DNA from: Somniosus microcephalus
Taxonomy: Eukaryota
Length of the DNA: 64,000 nt
Reading direction: 5' to 3'
NCBI GenBank assembly: GCA_052327205.1
Contig: CM126227.1
Span: forward strand, 24,490,001-24,554,000
Shown one piece after another: positions 23,675 through 34,946 of the stretch (position 1 is its first letter; every line of letters begins with the position of its first letter). The translations under genes were made by a program, and so were the position numbers. The notes under the pieces are model-generated. The model ran no database searches, was not told the DNA's origin, and saw only the letters and a list, made by a program, of their open reading frames with translations.

Positions 23675-24420
23675 AATAACAACAGAAAACGCTGTAAAAA
23701 CTCAGCAGGCCAAGGCAGCGTCCGTGGAGAGAGAAACAGAGTTAACGTTTCAGGTCGATGACCCCTCGTCAGAACTGGAAAAAAGCAGGAAAGGGAATAG
23801 ATTTTAAAGCAAGTTGGGGGCTGGGAAAAGGGGGAGGGTATGAAAGCACAAAAGGGAAGGTCAGTGATAGGGTAGAAAGCAGGAGAGATAAAGAGACACT
23901 GAGAGATATTGAAGGCCAGAGGAGGTGGTGATGGGACAGATAAAGGAATAAAGGATGGCTCAAGATGAATTGTGAATGGTGCTGGCAGAATGATGGACAG
24001 CTGTCATGTGGGAGGGAAGGAAAAAGGCCAGACGAAAGTGTGGATTAAAAAAACCGAATTATATAATATATGTGATAGGGGCCGAGGTTATGATCTGAAA
24101 TTGTTGAACTCTATGTTGAGTCCAGAGGGCTGTAGAGTGCCTAATCGAAAGATGAGGTGCTGCTCCTCGAGCTTACGCTGAGCTTCCGTGGAACAATGCA
24201 AGAGGCCGAGGGCGGTGAGGTCCGAGTGGGAGTGAAGCGGAGAATTAAAGTGACAGGCCACCGGGAGCGCGGGGTCACCCTTACGGACTGAATGGAGGTG
24301 TTCCGCAAAGCGGTCACCCAATCTGCGTTTGGTCTCCCCAATGTAGAGGAGACCACATCGTGAGCAGCGAATACAGTATACTAAATTGCAGGAAGTACAA
24401 GTAAATCGCTGTTTCACCTC
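23675..24420 (-). mobile_element. Penelope-like element: GIY-YIG endonuclease and pseudo-LTR
   Basis: ORF 24088-24417 NLVYCIRCSRCGLLYIGETKRRLGDRFAEH...GLNIEF; hammerhead motif in the 3' terminus. Confidence 0.92.
23740..23776 (-). ncRNA. Minimal hammerhead ribozyme in a Penelope pLTR
   Basis: AGTT-CTGACGA-stem II-GAAAC-GTT-AACT; stem I AGTT/AACT and loopless ACGT stem III. Confidence 0.75.
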
Positions 24421-24852
24421 ATTTGAATTCCTGTTCTACCTGGACCCCTCCCTCTGGCCTCTTACCCGCTCTAGATCTTTACATTGCAAACTGCCGCCGT
24501 GACATTAGCCGTCTCCATTCCTCTGCTCCCCTCACTCACTCCAACCTACCTCCCTCTGAACTTGTAGCACTCCATTCTCTCAGATCCAACCCCGACATTG
24601 TCATTAAACCTGCTGACAAGGGTGGTGCGTTGTTGTTTGGCGAACCGACCTCTACCTAGCGGAAGCTGCACGCCAACTCTCCGACACCTCCTCCTACCCC
24701 CGCCTGGACCATGACCCCACGACCGAACATCAAGCCACCATTTCCAAGACTGTCACTGACCTCATCTCCCCTGGAGATCTTCCCCCCATGGCCGCCAACC
24801 TTATAGTTCCCCAACCCCGCACAGCCTGCTTCTACCTCCTTCCCAAGATCAA
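24421..24852 (+). mobile_element. Penelope-like RT N-terminal fragment, inverted relative to the adjacent endonuclease
   Basis: WTPPSGLLPALDLYI...NPDIVIKPADKGGA...FYLLPKI, with a frameshift. Confidence 0.88.
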
Positions 24853-24990
24853 TGCTGACAGACCCGACATTTGGTAAATGCGCGTGGCAGCGGGTTCACA
24901 GCGGGGTCCCGACCCGCTGGGGAAAAAATATACTTTCCCACCCGACCCACCACCGATCGCGCCCGCTGACCCCCCTGGAAAATCCAACCC
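24853..24990. mobile_element. Isolated right end of a Harbinger element
   Basis: Matches about 46806-46958 (ctgacagaccc.acatttggtaaa.gcgcgtgg...ggaaaatc). Confidence 0.7.
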
Positions 24991-26383
24991 CTCCCAACTG
25001 ATAAATGCTTCAGTGAGTGGTGTATGAAGGGAAGGCAATGGAAATGACAGAAAAATAACGTTTATCTTTCATGCTTTTCTTTGATGGGATGAAAGAAACA
25101 CTAAAGTAAAGAACTATGGTAAGTGCAGCATGCTTGGGAGGAACAGGGGACTTTGGACCTATGGTTCCCAAAGCTCTCCACCACTGGAGTTTTTCTCACC
25201 TCATGTCTGGGTCTGTTGTAGACCAATTGATGGAGGTTGATTGCTATGATTAGCCAACAATTCCATTATTGTACCTTGCGACTTCCAGGATGGTAGAAGG
25301 TGAACTACATGGACCTTGGTCTTTCTTCGTCTAGCAATTCCTTTGTTCCTAAGAAAGAGAGCAACAAATTGTAGAAGACAATGCTTGCTCAATCCAATGA
25401 AAAGAATAATCTTCAGAATTGTGTAATAGGATTATCAAAGCAACACTCTATTGTACTCTCAAAATCCTTTTATCTGAAGCACTGCCACATCTGAGTCCCA
25501 GCAGGTACAGATTTAACTGCAGACATCTGTTTAGAGAACATCACATGTTAATGGCCAAAGTAACCTCTGACTGGGTTACATGAGGTCACTGAATCTTCCT
25601 GTTTACATCTATCCAATAGAAAGTAGGTGCTTTACCTTTTGTTATACCTCCTGTCACGTTGAGCTGAAACTGCATTGTTAGTGCAGCACAGAGGAGTATC
25701 TTGTTGTTAGATATGCATCCGTGTCACTCAAAGTGTGCTGATGTTCAGTGTTTGGATGAAACAACTGAGAGATATAATGGCAGTCACTATGTATAGACAG
25801 TTTACACATCAGTTAGTGATGAACTCCAAAAATATATTCCAGGGTAAAATCAGGATTCAGAATCCACCAGCGTGCAGGAAGGAGTGGGCTATTTTGGCAA
25901 ACCATTGCTTGCTGTTGTGAATTATGCAGTCTGTATCACATATATTTTGTAAATCTCTATTGCAACACAATCTTATTATTGCGGAAGCTATAAATGTAGT
26001 CACAGGCTGATAGATTAGTTGAGATGTTAGGTATTTAAATCTTGCTATTTATACTGATGGTAATACTTTTATACGCATAACTATTCCATTAATTTCATTA
26101 ACTGAATGGTAATGGTACACAGCTGAAGGATAGTTCAAGAAATCAAACGCAATTATAGTGTAGGTACTGGACTCGGACTGTTACCTGTATAGAGCAGCAC
26201 AAGGTGGGCAGATTATTTACAATGCTGGCACCCATGTCACACTGTACCCAAGGACAGCACAACCACATTCAATGGCATCCAAATGTGGTTAAATATTAAT
26301 ATTGACAAATATCTAACTGTTTGCTAACAAAATGTAACTGAACTTTTAAAGGCTATTAGGCTGTCCATTGAACAATTGCTGTA

Positions 26384-26716
26384 CAGGAAACTTTCTGGTA
26401 TCTGGCACTGACGGGACCGAGCTGTTGCCGTCCCATCAAAACTGCCAGTCAAACCAGCGCTAATGTTAAAACATACGGAGCTTTTGAGCTCCATATCTAG
26501 CAACAAACCCTGTAGCTTAGCAACAGCTTCTAAACAGTTGGCCGTAACTTGCAAGTGTCTCTGTAGCTAAGCAACAGCTTCAGCTAGACCTTGCAGAGCC
26601 TGACTGGTGAAAAAAAAGCAACGAAAAGAAAAAAAACTTACTGAACTGACTCCTGAATTTTGCCGGTGGATCGAGCATTCCGGACAGTTAACCTCCGGAT
26701 AAACGAAAGTTTCCTG
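26384..26716 (-). mobile_element. Tc1/mariner (pogo/Tigger-like) MITE, copy 1
   Basis: TIR CAGGAAACTTT / AAAGTTTCCTG, TA on both sides; inverted relative to copies 2 and 3. Confidence 0.85.
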
Positions 26717-27313
26717 TACTTTGTAATTATGATAGATGATGTTTTTCAAGATCCATTTATCTCGTGGGTGGTGGGGACACAAAAAAAAAATCTCATCAGC
26801 TTTACTGTGACATCATACCAGTGGAGAAATTATTTTGATTTCATCTGGAGTCCCCTCACGAGTGTGACACAAAATTCATTTCAGCCCAATGTATGTTCGC
26901 AAAATATTTATTGCATTCTGTTGCTCACTGTCCCCTTGACTGGCTCTGAAAGATTAGAGGTGTCAGGTATATGTACAGCATTATACTTGACTGGCCATAT
27001 TTCCTGTGTATGCTTTGTATCCCAAAGTAGCATCCATATTTGGAAAATTGTGAAATAAAATGGAATTTAGCTTGGCGCTGTTCAAAGGTAATCTGCAAAT
27101 ACCTGGGCTTATTGGTCCATGTTAACACTTCGAGGACCACACTGGCATTGTACTTTACATTTCTACCTCTCATACCAAATATTACAAGAATATTGAGAAG
27201 GTTCCCTTCTGACTAAATTTTATAAGTTTGGGTGTGACTCTATTTTAAGAGCTTTGATTAAGGTGATGATGCAAATTAGTGGTTATGGAAAGATACGTAT
27301 ATTTACATGAAAT

Positions 27314-27595
27314 AAAGAATTTGCATTTATATAGCACCTTATCACATCCTCGGGACATCCCAAGATGCTTTACAATCAGTGGATTACTTTTGAAGTGCAA
27401 TTACAATTGTTATATAGACAAGCATGGCAACCAATTTGTGCACAAGATCTCAACAACAGCAAATTAATGAATGACCAGATAATTTGTTTTTTGGTAGTCT
27501 TGCTGAGGGAATAATGTTAGCCAGGGCACAAGGAAGACTCCCTGCTCTTCTTCAAATAATGCCATGGGCCTCTTTTTTTACATCCAACTGAGCTG
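27314..27595 (-). mobile_element. Old Deu-type SINE 3' half
   Basis: Degenerate reverse complement of about 9740-10006. Confidence 0.7.
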
Positions 27596-27730
27596 GCACC
27601 CTTAATTTAATGTCTGATATATAAAATATAAATATATACAGGAGAGCTGAGCCAAGGGTGTGAGAAAGATTGGAGTTAAGGGTTTAGGTAGTATGTTCAG
27701 AAAATCCGACAGGTAAGGAAAATCCACATA

Positions 27731-28063
27731 CAGGAAACTTTGTGTTATCTGGAGGCTAAATGTCCGGCAAGCTCGAGCTACCGGCAAAAATCAGGAGCCG
27801 TTTTTTTTCTTTTTGTTTCTTTTCGTTGCTTTTTTTTTCCCAGTCAGGCACTGCAAGGTCTGTAGCTATAGCAACAGCTTCAGCTAGAGACGCTTGCAGC
27901 TGCAGCCGACTGTTTAGAAGCTGTTGCTAAGCAACAGTGTTTGTTGTCAGATACGGAGATGAAAACCTCCGTATGCTTCAACACTAGTGCTGGTGTGTCC
28001 GGCAGTTTTGAGGGAACGGCAACAGCTCAGTCCCGTCGGTGCCAGATAGCACAAAGTTTCCTG
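27731..28063 (+). mobile_element. Tc1/mariner MITE, copy 2
   Basis: TA|CAGGAAACTTTGTG...CACAAAGTTTCCTG|TA. Confidence 0.88.
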
Positions 28064-29134
28064 TATTTATATAATAACTATGATAATAATGTTGCATCTG
28101 AGATGATTCCCAAAACATTGTTGCTAATCATTTGTGCATGTATTTCAAAACTATCAAGGAAATTCAATAGCTTAAAAATGTCTCAGCTTGGTTATGGCAA
28201 TATTCTATAGAGGCTCTGAAGGAATGTGAAATTTCCATAAAATTTCAATTCGAGATCCATCTCTTTTACTTGTATTGTTCTCCTTGAAGTTTCACACATT
28301 TTACATTCAGATGCATATTGATGCCAACAAGCATTTTCTCCAACCAAGAGTGTTGGCTCAATTTATCTAAGAAGAACAGACTTGGGAAGTGTAACATAAT
28401 AGATAATAAATTATGCCTGGATCTAAATAACGATTCCAGTTGAACTACTTTGGTCTCAATTTTATTAATAATTGGCACCAAAGTAGAATAGAATGCAATT
28501 GCCACGTTGGCAATTTTCCTTTTTGTTTAACATGGCAAAGAACAGCAGAGAAACACAGATGTGGCATGTACCACTCTGTACTAACTAATCACCTTCTTTC
28601 ATACAATGCTAGGAGGATATGGCTACTGTGTGTATGTTTTGAATGTCGAGCCAATATTCCCTCCCCTCCTCAAATTTTTTCTTATTTTCTTCAGTCAATC
28701 TTGAGTGCAGCTTTGGCGGGGGGGGGGGTTGGTGGGGGGAATGACTTTATCAAGATTTCCTAGATGCAATATATTTTCTAAAAATTATTTGTGGTATATT
28801 TAAGGGGTCATGTTGGCCACATTTAAAGGATATATCAGAGGTTAGAAGTGTGTCCCTTAGCTAAATTGGATTCTGATTTAATCCTCCAACTCATGGAAGG
28901 CAAGGTTTCATGGAGCAGGATGATTTTCTGCATTAGGGTCTTTTTGCAAGCTTGTACAAAGGTTCCCTAAGCATCTCCTAATGCAGGTCTGAGAATGACA
29001 ACTGCAGTTTGGGTTCCAGCCAGGCAGAATCCTGTTTACATCGATTTGCTCCTGTTTGGCTTCAAATCTAATTGTCCTGTCCAGGAGAGAGATCTGTGTT
29101 TTTCTGGATACATGCACAGAGCTTTCTCCCAATA

Positions 29135-29469
29135 CAGGAAACTTTGTGTTATCCGGAGGCTAACTGTCCGGCCAGCTCGAGCCACCGGCAAAAATCAGGA
29201 GCCGTTTTGTTAGGTTTTTTTTCTCCTCGTGGCTTTTTTTTCCAACAGTCAGGCTCTGCAAAGTCTCTGTAGCTTAGCAACAGCTTCAGAGAGACGCTTC
29301 CAAGGTACGGGCCAACTGTTTAGAAGCTGCTGCTAAGCAACAATGTTTGTTGTCAGATACAGAGATGAAAAGCTCCGTATGCTTCAACATTAACGCTGGT
29401 GTGTCCGGCAGTTTTGAGGGATCGGCAACAGCTCAGTCCCGTCGGTGCCGGATAGCACAAAGTTTCCTG
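29135..29469 (+). mobile_element. Tc1/mariner MITE, copy 3
   Basis: TA|CAGGAAACTTTGTG...CACAAAGTTTCCTG|TA. Confidence 0.88.
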
Positions 29470-29658
29470 TAATCGGAAATCTAAATGCTTAGGGAACGGG
29501 GAGGGAAGAATGCCTGTTCTCTAAACATTTAAATTGAGGCCAGATGAGGTTTATGAAGTGCCCAGAAGGTCCAGTGGATTCCCTGAGCACTTTGTAAACC
29601 AGGTTTAACACAACATTGGAGGTACATTCCATATAGTGTCAAACTAAAGAGATGTTAG

Positions 29659-30132
29659 AAATAACAACAGAAAATGCTGGAAACACTCAGCAGGCCAGGC
29701 AGCATCTGGGGAGAGAGAAACAGAGTTAACATTTCAGGTCTGGGACCCTTCATCAGAACTGGAAAAAGCTGGAGATGTAACAGGTATTAAGCAGGTGCAG
29801 AAGCAAGGAGGGGGGTGGGTGGGAGAGAAGGAAGGAACTGAAGGAACATTCTGTGCTAAGGTAGGAGGCAGAAAAGATAAAATGTTGCAAATGGGGAATG
29901 GCAAAATCATACAGCCTGAAGAATGGGGGCAGTGGTTATAGTCTGAAATTGTTGAACTCAATGTTGAGTCCAGAAGGCAGTAAAGTGCCGAATCGAAACA
30001 TGAGGTGCTGTTCCTCGAGCTTACGTTGAGCTACATTGGAACAATGTAAGAGGCTGAGGGCAGAGATCAGAGTGGGAGTGAAGTGGAGAATTAAAGTGAC
30101 AGGCGACTGGAAGCTCAGGGTCACCCTTACAT
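29659..30132 (-). mobile_element. Penelope-like 3' fragment with pLTR and hammerhead motif (29724-29760)
   Basis: QRKLEEQHLMFRFGTLLPSGLNIEFNNF; AGTT-CTGATGA-stem-GAAATGTTAACT. Confidence 0.88.
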
Positions 30133-30454
30133 ACTGAAGTGATGTTAGACTTCTTTTCCCAGTGAGTTGCACCTCACTTCTCTGGAAGTTTAGCATCAGT
30201 TTGCAGCAGACATCACTTTTCATCGATGCTAAACATGCATTGTAAATGTAACCTAAGCCAGCCATGGGATCTGGTAAAGAATGAATTTGTGTGATCTCAA
30301 ATAAATTCCACTACAGAATTATTGCATCCTCACTTTGCAGGTTTATTTCACCAATGAAGAAGGGACCATGGCCAAAGTAGTGATAAAAACAAGGCTAATG
30401 CCAACCTGTCTGTTACCAGCTCTTTGGTTTTAACTTGAAGGCAGTGAGGCTCCA

Positions 30455-32836
30455 GAAACATAGAAACATAGAAGATAGGAGCAGGAGTAGGCCATTCAGC
30501 CCTTTGAGCCTGCTCCGCCATTTAATGAGATCATGGCTGATCATCCAAATTCAGTACCCTGTCACTGCTTTCTCCTCATATCCCTTGATCCCTTTAGCCT
30601 TAAGAAATATATCTAACTCCTTCTTGAATATATTTAATGAATTAGCCTCAACTGCCTTTTGTGGTAGAGAATTCCACAGGTTCACCACTCTCTGGGTGAA
30701 GAAATTCCTCCTCATCTCTGTCCTAAATGGCTTACCCCTTATCTTTAGACTGTGACTCGTAGTTCTGGACTCCCCGCCATCGGGAACATCCTTCCGACAT
30801 CTAGTCTGTCTAGTCCTGATAGAATTTTATAAGTTTCAATGAGATCGACTCTCATTCTTCTAAACTCCAGCGAATATAAGCCCAATCGACCCAATCTCTC
30901 CTCATACGTCACTCCTGCTATCCCAGGTATCAGTCTGGTGAATCTTCGCTGCACTCCCTCCATGGCAAGAACATCCTCCCTCAGATAAGGCAACCAAAAC
31001 TGCACACAATATTCAAGGTGTGGTCTCACCAAGGCCCTGTACAACTGCTGCAAGACATCCTTGCTCCTGTACTCAAATCCTCTTGCTATGAAGGCCAACA
31101 TACCATTTGCCTTCTTAACCGCCTGCTGCACCTGCATGCTTACCTTCAGCGACTGGTGCACAAGGACACCCAAGTCTCGTTGTACTTCCCCTTCTCCCAA
31201 ACTACTGCCATTCAGATAATAATCTGCCTTCCTGTTTTTGCCACTAAAGTGGATAACCTCGCATTTATCCACATTATACTGCATCTGCTATGCATCTGCC
31301 CAATCACCCAACCTGTTCAAATCATACTGGAGTTTCTCGGCATGCTCCTCACAGCATACACACCCACCCAGCTTTGTGTCATCTGCAAACTTGGAGATAT
31401 TACATCTAGTTCCCTCATCTAGATCATTAATATATTTTGTGAAAAGCTGGGGTCCTAGCAGCGATCCCTGCGGTACCCCACTAGTCACTGCCTGCCACTT
31501 GGAAAAAGACCCGTTTATTCCAACTCTTTGCTTCCTGTCTGCCAACCAGTTCTCTATCCAAGTCAGTACCTTACCCCCAATCCCATGTGCTTTAATTTTA
31601 CACGCTAATCTCTTATGCGGAACCTTATCGAAAGCCTTCTGAAAATCCAAATACACCACATCCACTGGTTCTCCCTTATCTATTCTACCAGGTACATCCT
31701 CCAAAAATTCCAGTAGATTAGTCATGCATGATTTACCTTTTGTAAATCCATGTTGACTTTGTCCGATCCTGTTACTGTTTTCCAAGTGCTCTGCTATTAC
31801 ATCTTTTATAATGGACTCTAGCATTTTCCCCACTACCGATGTCAGGCTTCCTGGTCTATAATTCCCTATTTTCTCTCTACCACCTTTTTTGAATAGTGGG
31901 GTTACATTAGCTACCCTCCAATCCATGGGAACTGTTCTAGAGTTGATAGAATTTTGGAAGATGACCAGCAATACATCTACTATTTCTAGGGCCACTTCCT
32001 TAAGTTCCCTAGGATGTAGATTATCAGGCCCTGGGGATTTATTGGCCTTCAATCCCATCAATTTCCCTACAAATACTGATTTCATTCAGTTCCTCCCTCT
32101 CAATAGAACCTATGTTCCCCGACATCGCTGGGAGGTTATTTATGTCCTCCTTTGTGAAGACAGAACCAAAGTATGTATTTAATTGGTCTGCCATTTCTTT
32201 GTTCCCCATTATAAATTCCCCTGGTTCTGACTGCAAGGGACCTATGCTTGACTTCACCAATCTTTTTCTCTTCACATATCTATAGAAGCTTTTATATTCA
32301 GATTTTATGTTCCCTGCAAGATTACTCTCATACTCTATTTTCCCCCTCTTAATTAATCCCTTTGTCCTCCTTTGCTGAATCCTAAATTGCTCCCAATCCT
32401 CAGGTTTGCTGCTTTTTTCTGGCCAATTTATATGTCCTCTCCTTGGATCTTATGCTATCCCTAATTTCCCTTGTTAGCCACGGTTGAATCACATTTTTGT
32501 TTTATTTTTATGCCAAACAGGGATGAACAATTTCTGTACGTCATCCATGCGATCTTTAAATGTTTGCCATTGCCTATCCACCATCAACCCTTTAAGTAAC
32601 ATTCCCCAATCCATCCTAGCCAACTCGCACCTCATACCATCGTAGTTTCCTTTATTTAAATTGAAGACCCTAGTCTCTGAGTCAAATACTTAATTCTCCA
32701 TCTTAATGAAGAATTCTATCATATTATGATTGCTCCGCCCCAACGGGCCTCGCACAACAAGATTGCTAATTAATCCTTTCTCATTACATAATACCCAGTC
32801 TAAGATGTCCTGATCTCTAGTTGGTTCCTCGACATG
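30455..32836 (-). mobile_element. CR1 LINE, 5'-truncated, ORF2 disrupted
   Basis: ORFs 31288-32085 (YLDFQKAFD, GVPQGS, FADD) and 30745-31284; 3' UTR and (TTTCTATG)n tail. Confidence 0.95.
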
Positions 32837-34946
32837 ACATTGTAAAAGGAGAACAAAAAGGGCAAAATAATTTTTCAAAATTGTACACTTGGCAATTTAT
32901 TTTATATTGGTATACAGTGTATGAACAATTCCAAATACAGTTTCTTTTTAAGCTCAAGTTGCTATGCTGATATGGGGAAAGCAATTGCCATGGGAGCATG
33001 CATCTGGGTTTAGGGCTGTCATGTTAATTTATCTCCAGGGGTTTGATTTTGGATGCTGCCAGCAAATACCCAAGAAGGTGGTCTAAATATAACCTGGGAT
33101 GTGTCACTCATTATTGCCTTGAATTGCCTTCCTTGATACATAAAGCAGCCATTTAGTTTTATGTTCGCAATCCTTAGAAATGCTTACTTAAGGATATCAA
33201 CCCTGTTGTGTGATACTAGCACCCCACTTGTTATCCCAAATAATGTGTCCTTTTTTGGATCCATGAAAAATTGTTACTTTGGGAGTTCACCAGTTTGCCT
33301 ATGACTGAGATGTGCTTACAGGCGATAGAGGTGCCGTGGGTAAAGCCCTGTGGGTGGCCTGTTGTCTGGAGGTCCAATGCTGAGTATGTGCATCTGTAAT
33401 CTATTAGGCCAAGTGTTGGATGCAGGGTGGACTGGGAGAAGTGTTTGTAGAGTGCTTAGTGGGGATCATTTGCGCTGTTCGTGCTACTGTGGTTTCTGCA
33501 TTGTCCAAACTGGGCAGTATGATAAATCTGAACAGTAACACCCTATGTACAATATCGCCTGCCAAAACCAATTCTCTTCCCTTATTTAGATCACTTGAAT
33601 AACAGTCAACTGTACAAGCAATGAATCACTCAGTATTTCTACACAAATAGCAATAGTAACAGCTGCTTTATGTTACCCGAATTTACTGACTATGGTGTTT
33701 TTCTAATAATAACAAATTTTTCAGAGCTCTTGTTAATGCAAAAAACCTGCAGATTTTCTGGTATGTTTATTTTTCGGCGCTGCTTTGCATACCCTCGGAT
33801 TCACCCTCATCTTCAACAAATATCTGAATTTACTGCCAGTAAAAAGTATTTGAACTTTATGCAGCTTCTAATTTAAACTGTTAATCATTTTAGCTGCTCT
33901 GTTATGCAGCATCAATAAACCTGCTCATCTATTTTTAACTGTGCCCTACCTAGAAACTATCTGAAAATCAAGGGATTATTGGGGCCATTGATTTCCCCCC
34001 CCCCTAACTTTTCCCATTAGTTTTCACTGCTCTCCTGGAAGAATTGACTCTTTGCTGGTTAATGGTTCTATAGGTGTCAGGTGCCTTGGTCAAGTAGGAA
34101 CCTAGACAATGAATGAGTGTTGGTTAGCTTTTTGACTGCCTCAGGCATTAAAACCAAGCCCAATCTTGTCCTTATCCAATATCCAGGCATTTACAAAGGG
34201 GTTGGGAGGGAGGTAATGGATGGTGACCAGAAGCAGAAAGGTTGGCCAATTTTCCTTTACCTAACCCAGGTACACCAAGGCTGATTGTAGCACCCTCCAT
34301 TGGGTCCCTCAGCACAGACTGGAAATTAAATCTGGGATCTGTGCGGTCTCTATGGCAAAGCTACTCACTACCTTTCCCAACTGAGTCATCGGAGGGATGA
34401 CTTCCTCTGGTTGCTACGTGTTACTGACACTGTAAACATAGCATAAAGATTTCCTCTGGCTGCTATTTCTAGTGAAATCGTAAATGTGTTCATTTACAAT
34501 TTCAATTGTGATAGCAAGCATAAGAAATCATCCTGCTGTAGGAACGGAGGTTCCTATCTGAATAAGGTATTCGACTCGATGAATCAAATCAACAGGTTTT
34601 AATGAACAACGAAGTTAACAGGGAAACTACAGGAGAAACGGTACACAGGTCTATTCAGCTTGCTGGGCACTCGACGACTACTGGAAGATTCTGGAAGCTG
34701 ACGTCATGACGTCATCGCATTCTTCGTGTCACTGGTGGTCACGTGATCAGCGTCATGACGTCATCACGTGGAGTGCAGGAAAACACAATACAGTACAGTT
34801 AACAGGCAGTTTAAAGGTGCAGTCCGCGGTTGCACTACACTGTAGTCTAAAGGGATTATTACCAATTGTTCTGAGACCCTTGATGGCTCCGCCACAGGCG
34901 CCCCCCCAGAATCCACTTTAACGGACATTGTCAACCGAGTAGGAGG

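Noticed and set aside
34000-34390. Old SINE-like repeat, perhaps related to 55880-56220
   Set aside because: Too decayed to assign a family or boundaries by eye
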